A stretch of 64,000 bases of DNA, from the IMG/VR virus record IMGVR_UViG_3300031784_000013, positions 1 through 64,000 of that record; one strand, written 5' to 3'. The notes beneath the pieces are model-generated. The model saw only the letters and a program-made list of their open reading frames with translations, was not told where the DNA came from and did not search any database. The translations under genes and the position numbers were made by a program. The DNA comes from a virus. Below, in pieces: positions 27,701 to 35,631 of this stretch; within the stretch, counting starts at the first letter, position 1, and each line of letters begins with the position of its first letter.

Positions 27701-29450
27701 CAGCCTGTAGAGAAGCAAGGTCTTGCTTCTTCTTAGCAATGTCTTTAAGCTTCATGTTAGCTCCAAGAATGTTGGCTTTGTATGATTCGAAAGAAAGAAG
27801 ATCTTGTGGCGTAATAACTTCTAAGTTATCAAGTTTCTCAGTGGACTTTTCTACAATCTTATTTTGCTTCTGCTCAGTTTTAGAAAGATCAGCAACGTAA
27901 TGTTTAAACTTCTTACCCTTTGCTTTATCATCACCCATTAGAGATGCACCAAAGCTTGGTATTTGTAGGTTGCCATATACAGTTAAACTGCTATCACCAT
28001 CTGTACCATTCTTAAGTTGTACAGCTGGTTCTCCTCTTTCCACTTCTACAGGACTGTCACCATAAGTGATGCCAATACCAGTGTTGCCTTGTCCATCAGA
28101 CTCATCGTGTGACTTTCCTCTGAACATAACAGTTTCTCCACCATCAGGTAGATATGGATTATAAGACATAGGTTCAGCATATCCACCCCAGTGGGTTTCA
28201 AGATCACCGCCCATAGCAAATTGTTCTCTTCCTGTGTACATTGCACGTTCACTAGGAGGGGTATAGTTTTTCAAATGTCCACCTGCACGTAATGTATCCA
28301 TAGTTGGATCAGGCTGCAACAATTGACTTAATTTATAATTACCAAACTGATTAATCATTTGTGGATTTATCATACCACCATCTCTCACATGAGAGTAGTT
28401 TTGTTGTTGCAATCCTTGGACACCCTGATTGAAAGCCATTGATGTAATGTTTCTATCAGTAACATCTCTTGCTTGTTGTGTCTTCTCAGCCTTTTTGTCA
28501 AGAAGATCACCAATTTTTTCACCAGCAAACTTTCCAACCATTCCTCCTAATGGACCAAAAAATACATTACCCACTGTACTCCCAACACCACCTCCAAGTT
28601 TACTAGCACCACTAGGACCATATCCTTTTGGATTTCCAATACCAACAGTTAATTTTGAAGCAGCATCAAATCCACCTTCATTTCCAAACTTAGTTAGGAA
28701 GTCTTTTCCAAACTGAGCTTGTTCTAAGTCTGTGTAAATAGTGTTAGGAGCAAACGTGTTTGCTATCTCTGTACCATTCTTTGCTAGAACAGTTCCTGTG
28801 CCATAGATTGGAAAGAACTCTGATCCAGTGTTTACATTATCTTCTGGACGAACATATCTTCTCTGAACTTGTTCTGGACGTGTCATAGAAGCTTGAAGAG
28901 CAACATCACTAACACCAGCCATTTGCTGAGCTTCCTTCATGATGTTTTTCTCATCCTTCATTTGCTGGATTCCTCCAACTATGTTTCCAACATTCTGAGC
29001 AAAGACAGCTGGTCCACCAGCTTTATCAATACCTTTGCTAATGCCACCAAGAATTGCACCCCCCGCAGCCTTCTTTAACTTCTTACCATTCTTAGCACCA
29101 GCTCCTTTGGAAGCACTACCTATTGCATTTCCAAGTTGGGTGAGAGCATCAGTGAATCCTGATTGTTTACCACCAGTCTTCTCTTCATAAGAAGCAAGAT
29201 CCATTGCTTGCTTATTACGCATATCTTGAGTTGATCCAGTGACAAACATATCATTCTGGTCATACAACTGCTGAAAGTTCATTGGTTGAGGGTTAAACTG
29301 AGGAGCTGTACTACCTTGAATCATAGCTCCCACTTGAGCTTTCTTCAAAGCTTTCCCATGAATCTTCATAAAAGATTCTTCTGTAGGAAACTTCTTGTAA
29401 AATTCCTTCTCAGACTTAACACCTGCTATCTTTAAAATTTGAGCCTTCAT
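24726..29450 (-). CDS. Virion cargo protein (1574 aa), crAss cargo-protein-1-like, modular
   Basis: GKSHDE...GIGI...PVEVERGE motif typical of crAss-like cargo proteins; Gly-rich hydrophobic helices; Gln/Asn-rich helical C-terminus; repeated xQxG/xxxGG motifs; no Cys. Confidence 0.7.
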   Translation of the reverse strand: MKAQILKIAGVKSEKEFYKKFPTEESFMKIHGKALKKAQVGAMIQGSTAPQFNPQPMNFQQLYDQNDMFVTGSTQDMRNKQAMDLASYEEKTGGKQSGFTDALTQLGNAIGSASKGAGAKNGKKLKKAAGGAILGGISKGIDKAGGPAVFAQNVGNIVGGIQQMKDEKNIMKEAQQMAGVSDVALQASMTRPEQVQRRYVRPEDNVNTGSEFFPIYGTGTVLAKNGTEIANTFAPNTIYTDLEQAQFGKDFLTKFGNEGGFDAASKLTVGIGNPKGYGPSGASKLGGGVGSTVGNVFFGPLGGMVGKFAGEKIGDLLDKKAEKTQQARDVTDRNITSMAFNQGVQGLQQQNYSHVRDGGMINPQMINQFGNYKLSQLLQPDPTMDTLRAGGHLKNYTPPSERAMYTGREQFAMGGDLETHWGGYAEPMSYNPYLPDGGETVMFRGKSHDESDGQGNTGIGITYGDSPVEVERGEPAVQLKNGTDGDSSLTVYGNLQIPSFGASLMGDDKAKGKKFKHYVADLSKTEQKQNKIVEKSTEKLDNLEVITPQDLLSFESYKANILGANMKLKDIAKKKQDLASLQAAINDTAEEYGFEADALAKGKIKQAKKGASIKKAQTGVTEEGKMYEGSLLPEVTVTPYDEQFPFYQSLSNEQKKYINDKGPIGRATRALATTGKRGQTAKDISSLVKDVEKFGYEATGVPGTIRFAEDPLQNLTGTGKTLLDLGLMAPGYANPLAPITGPAMYGALGGMNPITGEQLFDQQNLQGAFNTLDAVGIGSMMAAPLIQPGKQAVMGGLKAVAPHMISLSNIADQTKDAMRIVNEVKKLEKAAMADVPVMQGVDKVTDVRNFGRSVKDLESNIRGATSAELAKYSDEYNKLLAKAKEIQSAGVSQSYMTTLNDIGRKLTDLSGYKHDEFIQKLKDVGIDAQTVKVLEGNPDLAAQYANRTAGFDDTSWNYELNSERTLNQVRDDIYNPPSKSSYFSPYERPIDRDVIAIDPVDGSVTRKPDAYSTLYQKDGMIYKDMRGQMEDQFYSYPFYKNVGDKIVDMYAGARLRNSPVLAQYEPGMYSTELLPSLFADRNNVSGMLKQALQHVDQKNTGLFYPASSLSGDSYPLSLRTMSSLLKNDPNSKLRFLGYENSNKMGFADQMNNPQLLQSELAGYLKDLEKVSGKSLPKPIYPSKSSNQYQPVVFPTFGVSKGGHSALIDDYLKNAKVSDRLGLKRSVEMRGTNELKNGGFVDIEKAQTGTTNLPQVTVNALPIVPKRDPFGPVKVPQSVIDAGIKKPRQTLAQMSSWQPTLGKLPEIRPFYSPFYRPGADQQTESEEGKIDWMTLANQIIPYLRPSNAQPLDPRQLAGEMLALATNQVEPVQVQTIQPQLNVPFDISLQEIINENEADYRATQRMVGYNPAALAALNAEKYAANQKVLGEQFKLNQVMKDKVYAENRDLLNQANLNNLQAFDQQYSRQQEALSNTKATSQAALSSIASKYMQNQLENRTLQTYENLYNYRFDPRFRANNMNTLAMFDTMMNDLTPAEQKALSEKLALASAKATGASSTTTNTTTIRNGGIVRATK

Positions 29451-29451
29451 A

Positions 29452-32400
29452 TCAGTTGTATTTATCCAGCCAGTTATCCTTGTCTGGGTTATTTGTAAAG
29501 TTAAGTAATTGATTTAGTTTTTTCATAGGTTGGGCATCTAATTGATTGATTCCCACGTCACCACCATTTCGTTTGGTCTTAGGTAAAGATCTAACATAGT
29601 CAGCTATTGACTTAGCCTCTTCTGGAGATATCTTCTCTGTTTTCCATTCAATCTTTTCATTTTTAGATTGATCTTTTCCAAATGATTTTGGTGCAAAGCC
29701 TTTCACTTTATCAATGTAATCAACATCATTTCTTTTCAAGTAGTAATTTACAAATCTTGGCTCAAGTGCTTTCCCTGGTGCATTGTGCATCAAAGTTGTC
29801 AAATCAATAATCTGGTCTTCAGAAAGATCTGGATACTTAGCCTTCAATTTATGATAGTTATCAACAGCTAATGCTAATGAAGATTTAACCTGACCTTCAA
29901 AAGAGTCTAAGTCGTATTTGTAGAAATTACCTCTTTCAGATAAATCTTTTTGTTGAAATTCACCAACGCTTCTAGGTGTTCTGTACGGACTATAATCAGA
30001 ATCTTCAGAGTCAAGGCTTTTTACAAAGTCTTGATATGAGCTAAATTCTTTTTGAACATTATGAGCGTTCTTATTCCAATAGTCCTTTTTCCAATTATCT
30101 TCTTCACCAAAATTGTAATCATAGATTTCTCTAGCTCTTCTTGCATAGGGTAGAAGACTGTCTGGAACAATATCTTTTGGATTAGATGCAAATTCACCAA
30201 ACTTAGTTTCTTGCCCAGCAATTCCTATTTGATTCATTATCAATTTATTGAACGAATCAATTGGCATGTTAGAACCTTTACCAAGATCACTGTAGACAGT
30301 CTTATAGACATCTGCATATCTTTGTAAATTTTTGTCTGGAGCCAATTCATTTTTAACATTCAATCCATCTACTTTATTATTAAAGAAAGTTAAGTTTGAG
30401 GTATCAAATTTTGAATATTGACCAGAGTAAGGATTTTTACCTTTTAATACATTGATCTTGTCTTGGTTCTCCTTTTTTATAGATGTTACTTTATCTGGAT
30501 CATATCGATATGTAATTCCTCCATCAAAAGTTTTATAACCCTTTTTATATCTGTTCATCAATTCAGATTCAGATACATCTTCAATTTCAACTTTGTCTCC
30601 TCCTGCGTTGTTTGCAACCTTAAAATACTTTTTCCCATCCTTCACAAATTCATTAACAATCAAAACTGCATGATTTGGATAGAGATCATTTTCATTTCTA
30701 AAATCAACTTCTCCAGGAAAGCGTGAAAATGTATTACCTTTCTTTCTAGCATATTGGAATATATCACCTACACCAAATCCTTCCTTCTCAGGATTAGATC
30801 TGTAATATCCTTCGTCCATTGCATTGTCTGCAAATGTTGCATTTCCAGTGTATGTATCTTTAGTCTGACCTTTGTCAAATTTCACACCTGCAATATTTGA
30901 AACCATATAACAAACTCCATTTATACAATTCATATCTCCCTCAGAGGTGTCGATATTATTGTCTTTGTAATATGGAGTGGTGTAGTTTTTTGATTTCAAA
31001 ACATCATCATACATATTGAACTTGGACAAGTAATCTTGTCTTGAAACTTCTTGTTGAGCAGGAGTATCTTTACCTGTTTGTGCAACAGGAAACTCTGTAA
31101 CCTTCTTACCATTGAACTTGTAATTCTTTCCTGGTTGCATAAGCTTTGTGTCACCAGTATCAGAAATACCAAGAAGTGGTTCGTACACTCCTTCCATTGT
31201 AATGTTGTTACTACCTATCTCAACAGGCTTTCCCCAGTTATCTGGATTCCAATAACCTAGATTATCTTTAGTTATACCACCATTCTTTTGCTTCTGTACT
31301 GGTTGTTGATTTTGCAATGCAGATATTGTAGCAGCTGCACCACCAGCAATTGGTAATGTTGCAGAAGGAAGATTATTTAAAGTTTCACTCAAGATTTTGA
31401 AATTCTTAGGAGTTTTCTCCATAATCTCATACAATCTCAAGATGCTTTTATTACCTCCTGTTTTATTATAAAGATCATAATGATCCTCTATCATTTGAGG
31501 AGTTATTTCATCATAGTAATCTTTTATTTTTCCTCTTCGTAATAAACTTTGTCTAACCTCAGCAGCAAAAGGTAGTTTCTCCATTCCTCCACTACCTGTT
31601 AGGAAATAATCAAGAGCTGGATAAAAACCATATCCCCACTGTTGATTTGATTTTGAAAAATCAACATCCTCTAACTGTCCTTCTGAGAGAGATGAGTCAG
31701 GAACTGAGCTTGGTTGTTTTTTTAATTCTAGCTCAGAAAGTTTATCATCAAGGTTTGTTCGCCTTCGATTTCTTTGAAAAATGTGGCCCATTTCATGATC
31801 AAATATACGTCTTATGTCTCCTGGAATTAGATTCTCACCCATGTACATTGCAGCAACTGAACCAGGACCATATCCTCCATCTCCACCTCTACGACCTGCA
31901 AATGCATTATCTGCATCGATGAAAGGATCATTATTTTTGATAAACTTTAAGTTTCTAATTTCCTCGATTATATCATCAGGTTTTAGTTTTTTGAAACCAC
32001 TAAGCTCACCTGATTTAAGACCATGCAAGAAAAACTCACCCCATGATTCTACAGGTTTTCCCCAAGATTTATGATCTCTCCCAAAATTTTTATTTATCAT
32101 GTATTGGAGTCTTCTTCTACCTTCTGGAGTATCAATTCTATCAATAGTTTTTTGCTTTAATTCTTGAAGCAAATCCATGTGAGGATGATCCAATTCTGTA
32201 TATGGAAGTTGTGGTTGATTAGGAACAGTTGATGCGTTAGGAGTGGAAGAGGCTAATACATTATCTGCCATCATTTGAGGAGATGGTGCTTGTGAAATAG
32301 CTATATTGTCAATGCCTTTAACAAGGTTTTGACCAATACCTTTTAAACTTAGTCTGCCAATATCATCAATCATACCTACACCAGGTATAGCATTGACTGG

Positions 32401-34269
32401 GTCTCCAAGAGCATCCAATCCAAAATTAAAAGCATTCTTTCCAAATGATGAATAGCTATCTAGCCAACCACCAGGTTTTTGAAATCCCCATGCTTGAGAA
32501 GGTGTTTGTTCTTTTCCTGTAATCAACTGCATCATCTCCTTTTGTGGAGCACCCATCAGCTCACCAACATGTCCATAGAGATTTGCCATTCCCTGAGACA
32601 TTGCATTTTTTATACGTTCATCCTTACCCTCTACAACAATCTCAGGAAGTTCCATACCTTCATAAATCTTCCCACCTTCTTGCATACTCTTTGGTTTCCA
32701 ATCAAGGCCATTCTGATAGAATCTCATTTCTTGACCATTCTGTGCAGAAGCCATTGTCTTCTTTGCATATTTACCTTTGCTAGGAGCAGCACCAGCTACA
32801 CGTGCGTATGTGAATCCTACAGAGCCAGGCATAGAAGCACCATTCATTGCAATAGGCGCAACTTCTTCATTACCTTTGGCAATAACATTCATCAACTTAA
32901 TTAAACCGCTTTCGCCAGCCGCTTGAATAGTTCTATCGAGTGATTGATTACCTTTTAGTTTTTCCTTGGCTCTTTCTAAATCTTCTTTTGTAAACTCTTT
33001 CCCTTTTCTAATATCATAAACCCCTTTATCAAACATTAGATATCGAAGAGCATTCAAGTCACTTTTGAATTCTTGAGGATCATTTCTTATATGTAAGGCT
33101 TGAGATCTTCTTATATCATCTTTTTGATTAATAGGTTGATAATTTCCTGTAACGGGATCTATAGTATAAAATGATTTATTAAACTCTGAAAACGGCAACA
33201 TTGTAGACGTTATTAACGAATCTTCAAAAGCAGTAGTATTATCTATTGCATGTCCAATTTCATGAGCTAGAACAGTTTCAAACATTTCAGGAGTCTTAGT
33301 ATGATCTGGATGTATTTCAATACCAAGTCCTGTATAGCGAGAAGCAGGTCGTCCTTTATAATAAGATGGTTCAATTTGAATAAATCCAGGCTCTTGAACT
33401 GATTCTAATGCACCCATTCTTGATTCTCTAGCACTAGATAGCCATTCTCCCATTTGAGGACGTATAGTTGATCCTTCTTTACGATAGATAGCGTTCCCTG
33501 GCACGTCTTCATAGTATCCAGTGTTCTTCATACGTCTTTCGTACTCTGGACTAGAAACCCACGACTTGTAGAATTCAGCCATGTCCCATCCTGGAATATC
33601 TGTATTATCTCCTGACTTTGGTATATACTGGGGATAACCAGTTAATTTATCAGGATCATTATACTTAGTCATTATTGGAGCTGATACAACAACTTCAGGA
33701 AGGTCATACTCCTTCGCAATGGTTGCATCCTTTTTTTCCTGAATCTTTTTATTCATGTATTCAGAAACACCATTCTGAGCAATTGGAATAATTCCACCTT
33801 GCTGGAAGTCTAATACACCTGTTCCTCGTTTGTAATTTTTTGCAAACTTTTTAGCTTTTCTATCTGTAGGAAATTCAATGTAGCTGTTTGTGCTATCAGC
33901 ATAATTGTAAGCATCATCTCCTAAGTACTTTAACTCTCCATCAATATTTCTAATAGTAGGATAAACCCTTCTATCAGCAGATTCCATAAAATGAGTGCTT
34001 CTTCCTTCTTGACCTGGGATTTGAATAGATCCGTAATTGGCATCATACAATCCCTTCACCCAATCAAGATTCTTATTTGCGTTTAGTATTTGATCAATCT
34101 TCTTACCACGCTGGGCAATTTCTCCTCCATACTCAAATTGTCCTCCCCACGCAGGGGAATAGTTTCTTCCTTCTGTATTATATCCTACACCAACAAATCC
34201 TTCAGGAAGGCTAACGTTTGATTCGTTAGCGTTGTCTGCTTTACCAAAGTTGTCTAACCATCCTTTCAT
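29452..34269 (-). CDS. Polyvalent virion cargo protein (1605 aa): two HExxH metallopeptidase domains, CHAP/NlpC-P60-like amidase and lysozyme-like domain
   Basis: VLAHEIGHAID (~33250-33264) and IFDHEMGHIFQ (~31783-31797), each with a downstream Glu. NCINGVC (~30910-30927) plus NHAVLIV (~30670) gives a Cys/His pair. GIAGQETKFG...SVGEFQQ...LMHNAPG (~30200-29770) is transglycosylase-like. Confidence 0.7.
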   Translation of the reverse strand: MKGWLDNFGKADNANESNVSLPEGFVGVGYNTEGRNYSPAWGGQFEYGGEIAQRGKKIDQILNANKNLDWVKGLYDANYGSIQIPGQEGRSTHFMESADRRVYPTIRNIDGELKYLGDDAYNYADSTNSYIEFPTDRKAKKFAKNYKRGTGVLDFQQGGIIPIAQNGVSEYMNKKIQEKKDATIAKEYDLPEVVVSAPIMTKYNDPDKLTGYPQYIPKSGDNTDIPGWDMAEFYKSWVSSPEYERRMKNTGYYEDVPGNAIYRKEGSTIRPQMGEWLSSARESRMGALESVQEPGFIQIEPSYYKGRPASRYTGLGIEIHPDHTKTPEMFETVLAHEIGHAIDNTTAFEDSLITSTMLPFSEFNKSFYTIDPVTGNYQPINQKDDIRRSQALHIRNDPQEFKSDLNALRYLMFDKGVYDIRKGKEFTKEDLERAKEKLKGNQSLDRTIQAAGESGLIKLMNVIAKGNEEVAPIAMNGASMPGSVGFTYARVAGAAPSKGKYAKKTMASAQNGQEMRFYQNGLDWKPKSMQEGGKIYEGMELPEIVVEGKDERIKNAMSQGMANLYGHVGELMGAPQKEMMQLITGKEQTPSQAWGFQKPGGWLDSYSSFGKNAFNFGLDALGDPVNAIPGVGMIDDIGRLSLKGIGQNLVKGIDNIAISQAPSPQMMADNVLASSTPNASTVPNQPQLPYTELDHPHMDLLQELKQKTIDRIDTPEGRRRLQYMINKNFGRDHKSWGKPVESWGEFFLHGLKSGELSGFKKLKPDDIIEEIRNLKFIKNNDPFIDADNAFAGRRGGDGGYGPGSVAAMYMGENLIPGDIRRIFDHEMGHIFQRNRRRTNLDDKLSELELKKQPSSVPDSSLSEGQLEDVDFSKSNQQWGYGFYPALDYFLTGSGGMEKLPFAAEVRQSLLRRGKIKDYYDEITPQMIEDHYDLYNKTGGNKSILRLYEIMEKTPKNFKILSETLNNLPSATLPIAGGAAATISALQNQQPVQKQKNGGITKDNLGYWNPDNWGKPVEIGSNNITMEGVYEPLLGISDTGDTKLMQPGKNYKFNGKKVTEFPVAQTGKDTPAQQEVSRQDYLSKFNMYDDVLKSKNYTTPYYKDNNIDTSEGDMNCINGVCYMVSNIAGVKFDKGQTKDTYTGNATFADNAMDEGYYRSNPEKEGFGVGDIFQYARKKGNTFSRFPGEVDFRNENDLYPNHAVLIVNEFVKDGKKYFKVANNAGGDKVEIEDVSESELMNRYKKGYKTFDGGITYRYDPDKVTSIKKENQDKINVLKGKNPYSGQYSKFDTSNLTFFNNKVDGLNVKNELAPDKNLQRYADVYKTVYSDLGKGSNMPIDSFNKLIMNQIGIAGQETKFGEFASNPKDIVPDSLLPYARRAREIYDYNFGEEDNWKKDYWNKNAHNVQKEFSSYQDFVKSLDSEDSDYSPYRTPRSVGEFQQKDLSERGNFYKYDLDSFEGQVKSSLALAVDNYHKLKAKYPDLSEDQIIDLTTLMHNAPGKALEPRFVNYYLKRNDVDYIDKVKGFAPKSFGKDQSKNEKIEWKTEKISPEEAKSIADYVRSLPKTKRNGGDVGINQLDAQPMKKLNQLLNFTNNPDKDNWLDKYN

Positions 34270-34270
34270 A

Positions 34271-35137
34271 TTACTTGTAAGAGATTTGTGCTGGTGCTAT
34301 AATGAATTGGCTTACTAAATGTGCATCTGATCGATTGTCAAGAATATGTCTTATTTTCAATTCTTTTGCTCTCAGAGGTTCTTTCTTAAATGATCTTGGT
34401 CCGTAGTCCATATTAATTTGATTCACTTCTTTATCAAGAGAAAGTGATTCGCATGTTCTTACAAACAGTGGTATGGATTTATCTTTTACTACAGACCAGA
34501 ATGTATTATACTGATAGAAGTTGTCACTCTTTGTGAAAGTGATTGTCTTACTATTAGTATTCAATATAGGATATTGTAGATAAGAATTCAAATTGTTGAT
34601 TGGTTTTGGAACAAGCTCAAGCACACCTGTTGATTGTTGTCCGTTGTATAAGACAGCTTTGTTAAACCAAACATTGTCAAGTTCTATTCTTGATACATCA
34701 TTACTTATACCATAAGGATCATTGAAATACTTATACACCTTAGTGTAGTCTTTTACATTCTGGAGAATCTCATCTTGATACTGATATGCAAAAGGATATT
34801 CAATGATGTAGGGTTCTATATGCCCATAGAAGATGTTGTAGATGGCATGATCGTTTATGTGTCTCCACATACATGCTGTTTCAATAGTTTCTACAGTAGT
34901 GTTTTGATATTGATCCTGTGTAATTGTTGTAACAGCAAATGATTTTTCATAAGCACATTTACCTTCAGAGGTGATAGTAACTAAGTTAACACTATTGTCT
35001 ACAATATAACTCACACCAATAGACACCTCCTCAAGTGTTACACCTGAGTCAATAACATTTCCATACTCATCTGTGATGGTGAAAGGCCCTGAGTTAGGGC
35101 CTGTCTTGGTTAGCTTTATTGTAATAGTCTTTGACAT
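34271..35137 (-). CDS. Tail protein: N-terminal docking module A plus probable C-terminal part of the muzzle/tail stabilization protein
   Basis: Likely start MSKTITIKL at 35137, immediately after the upstream stop. The C-terminal WRH..YNIFYG.IEPYIIEYP..FNKAVLYNGQQSTG..LRAKELKIRH resembles the end of crAss-like tail stabilization proteins. Confidence 0.65.
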   Translation of the reverse strand: MSKTITIKLTKTGPNSGPFTITDEYGNVIDSGVTLEEVSIGVSYIVDNSVNLVTITSEGKCAYEKSFAVTTITQDQYQNTTVETIETACMWRHINDHAIYNIFYGHIEPYIIEYPFAYQYQDEILQNVKDYTKVYKYFNDPYGISNDVSRIELDNVWFNKAVLYNGQQSTGVLELVPKPINNLNSYLQYPILNTNSKTITFTKSDNFYQYNTFWSVVKDKSIPLFVRTCESLSLDKEVNQINMDYGPRSFKKEPLRAKELKIRHILDNRSDAHLVSQFIIAPAQISYK

Positions 35138-35138
35138 G

Positions 35139-35594
35139 TTATGGGCATCCAATATTTAATGTTTGCAGAATAGAACCATTGTATGTACCTGGAGCAATGC
35201 AACTTGTTATACTAGCTCCTGTGTATGTGTAATACTTAACTGGTGAACCAGGAAGAACATACTGCTGACCTATACCAAGAGTTGGTACAGTCAATGTAAA
35301 TGCGTTGTCCTCTGGATCACATCCTGCAAGTTGATAATATGTAGGACATGTACTAGTGGTGGTTGTAGTTGTTGGTAAAACAAGTATTATATCTATATAA
35401 TTGCTACATAAACCAGTTGACTTTACACGAACAATTGTAGTTCCTACAGGGGCTAAGGTTGTTGTGTAGCCAGCTAGAAGAGCTGCTTTAGACACACCTG
35501 TTACAAAAGCTGATGTGTAACCATCTACATCAGAGAAGAGGTTAAATGGGCCAGTATCTGTCCCAGCTGTGGTTAATGTTATTGTTATAGTCAT
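35139..35594 (-). CDS. Small virion decoration protein (151 aa): docking module A, Thr linker and Cys-containing beta domain
   Basis: N-terminal ~70 aa closely match the N-terminus of the BspA-like protein; PTTTTTTSTC linker. Confidence 0.7.
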   Translation of the reverse strand: MTITITLTTAGTDTGPFNLFSDVDGYTSAFVTGVSKAALLAGYTTTLAPVGTTIVRVKSTGLCSNYIDIILVLPTTTTTTSTCPTYYQLAGCDPEDNAFTLTVPTLGIGQQYVLPGSPVKYYTYTGASITSCIAPGTYNGSILQTLNIGCP

Positions 35595-35631
35595 ATTTTT
35601 AATTTTAACAATATTGCCAATTTATTTTATT

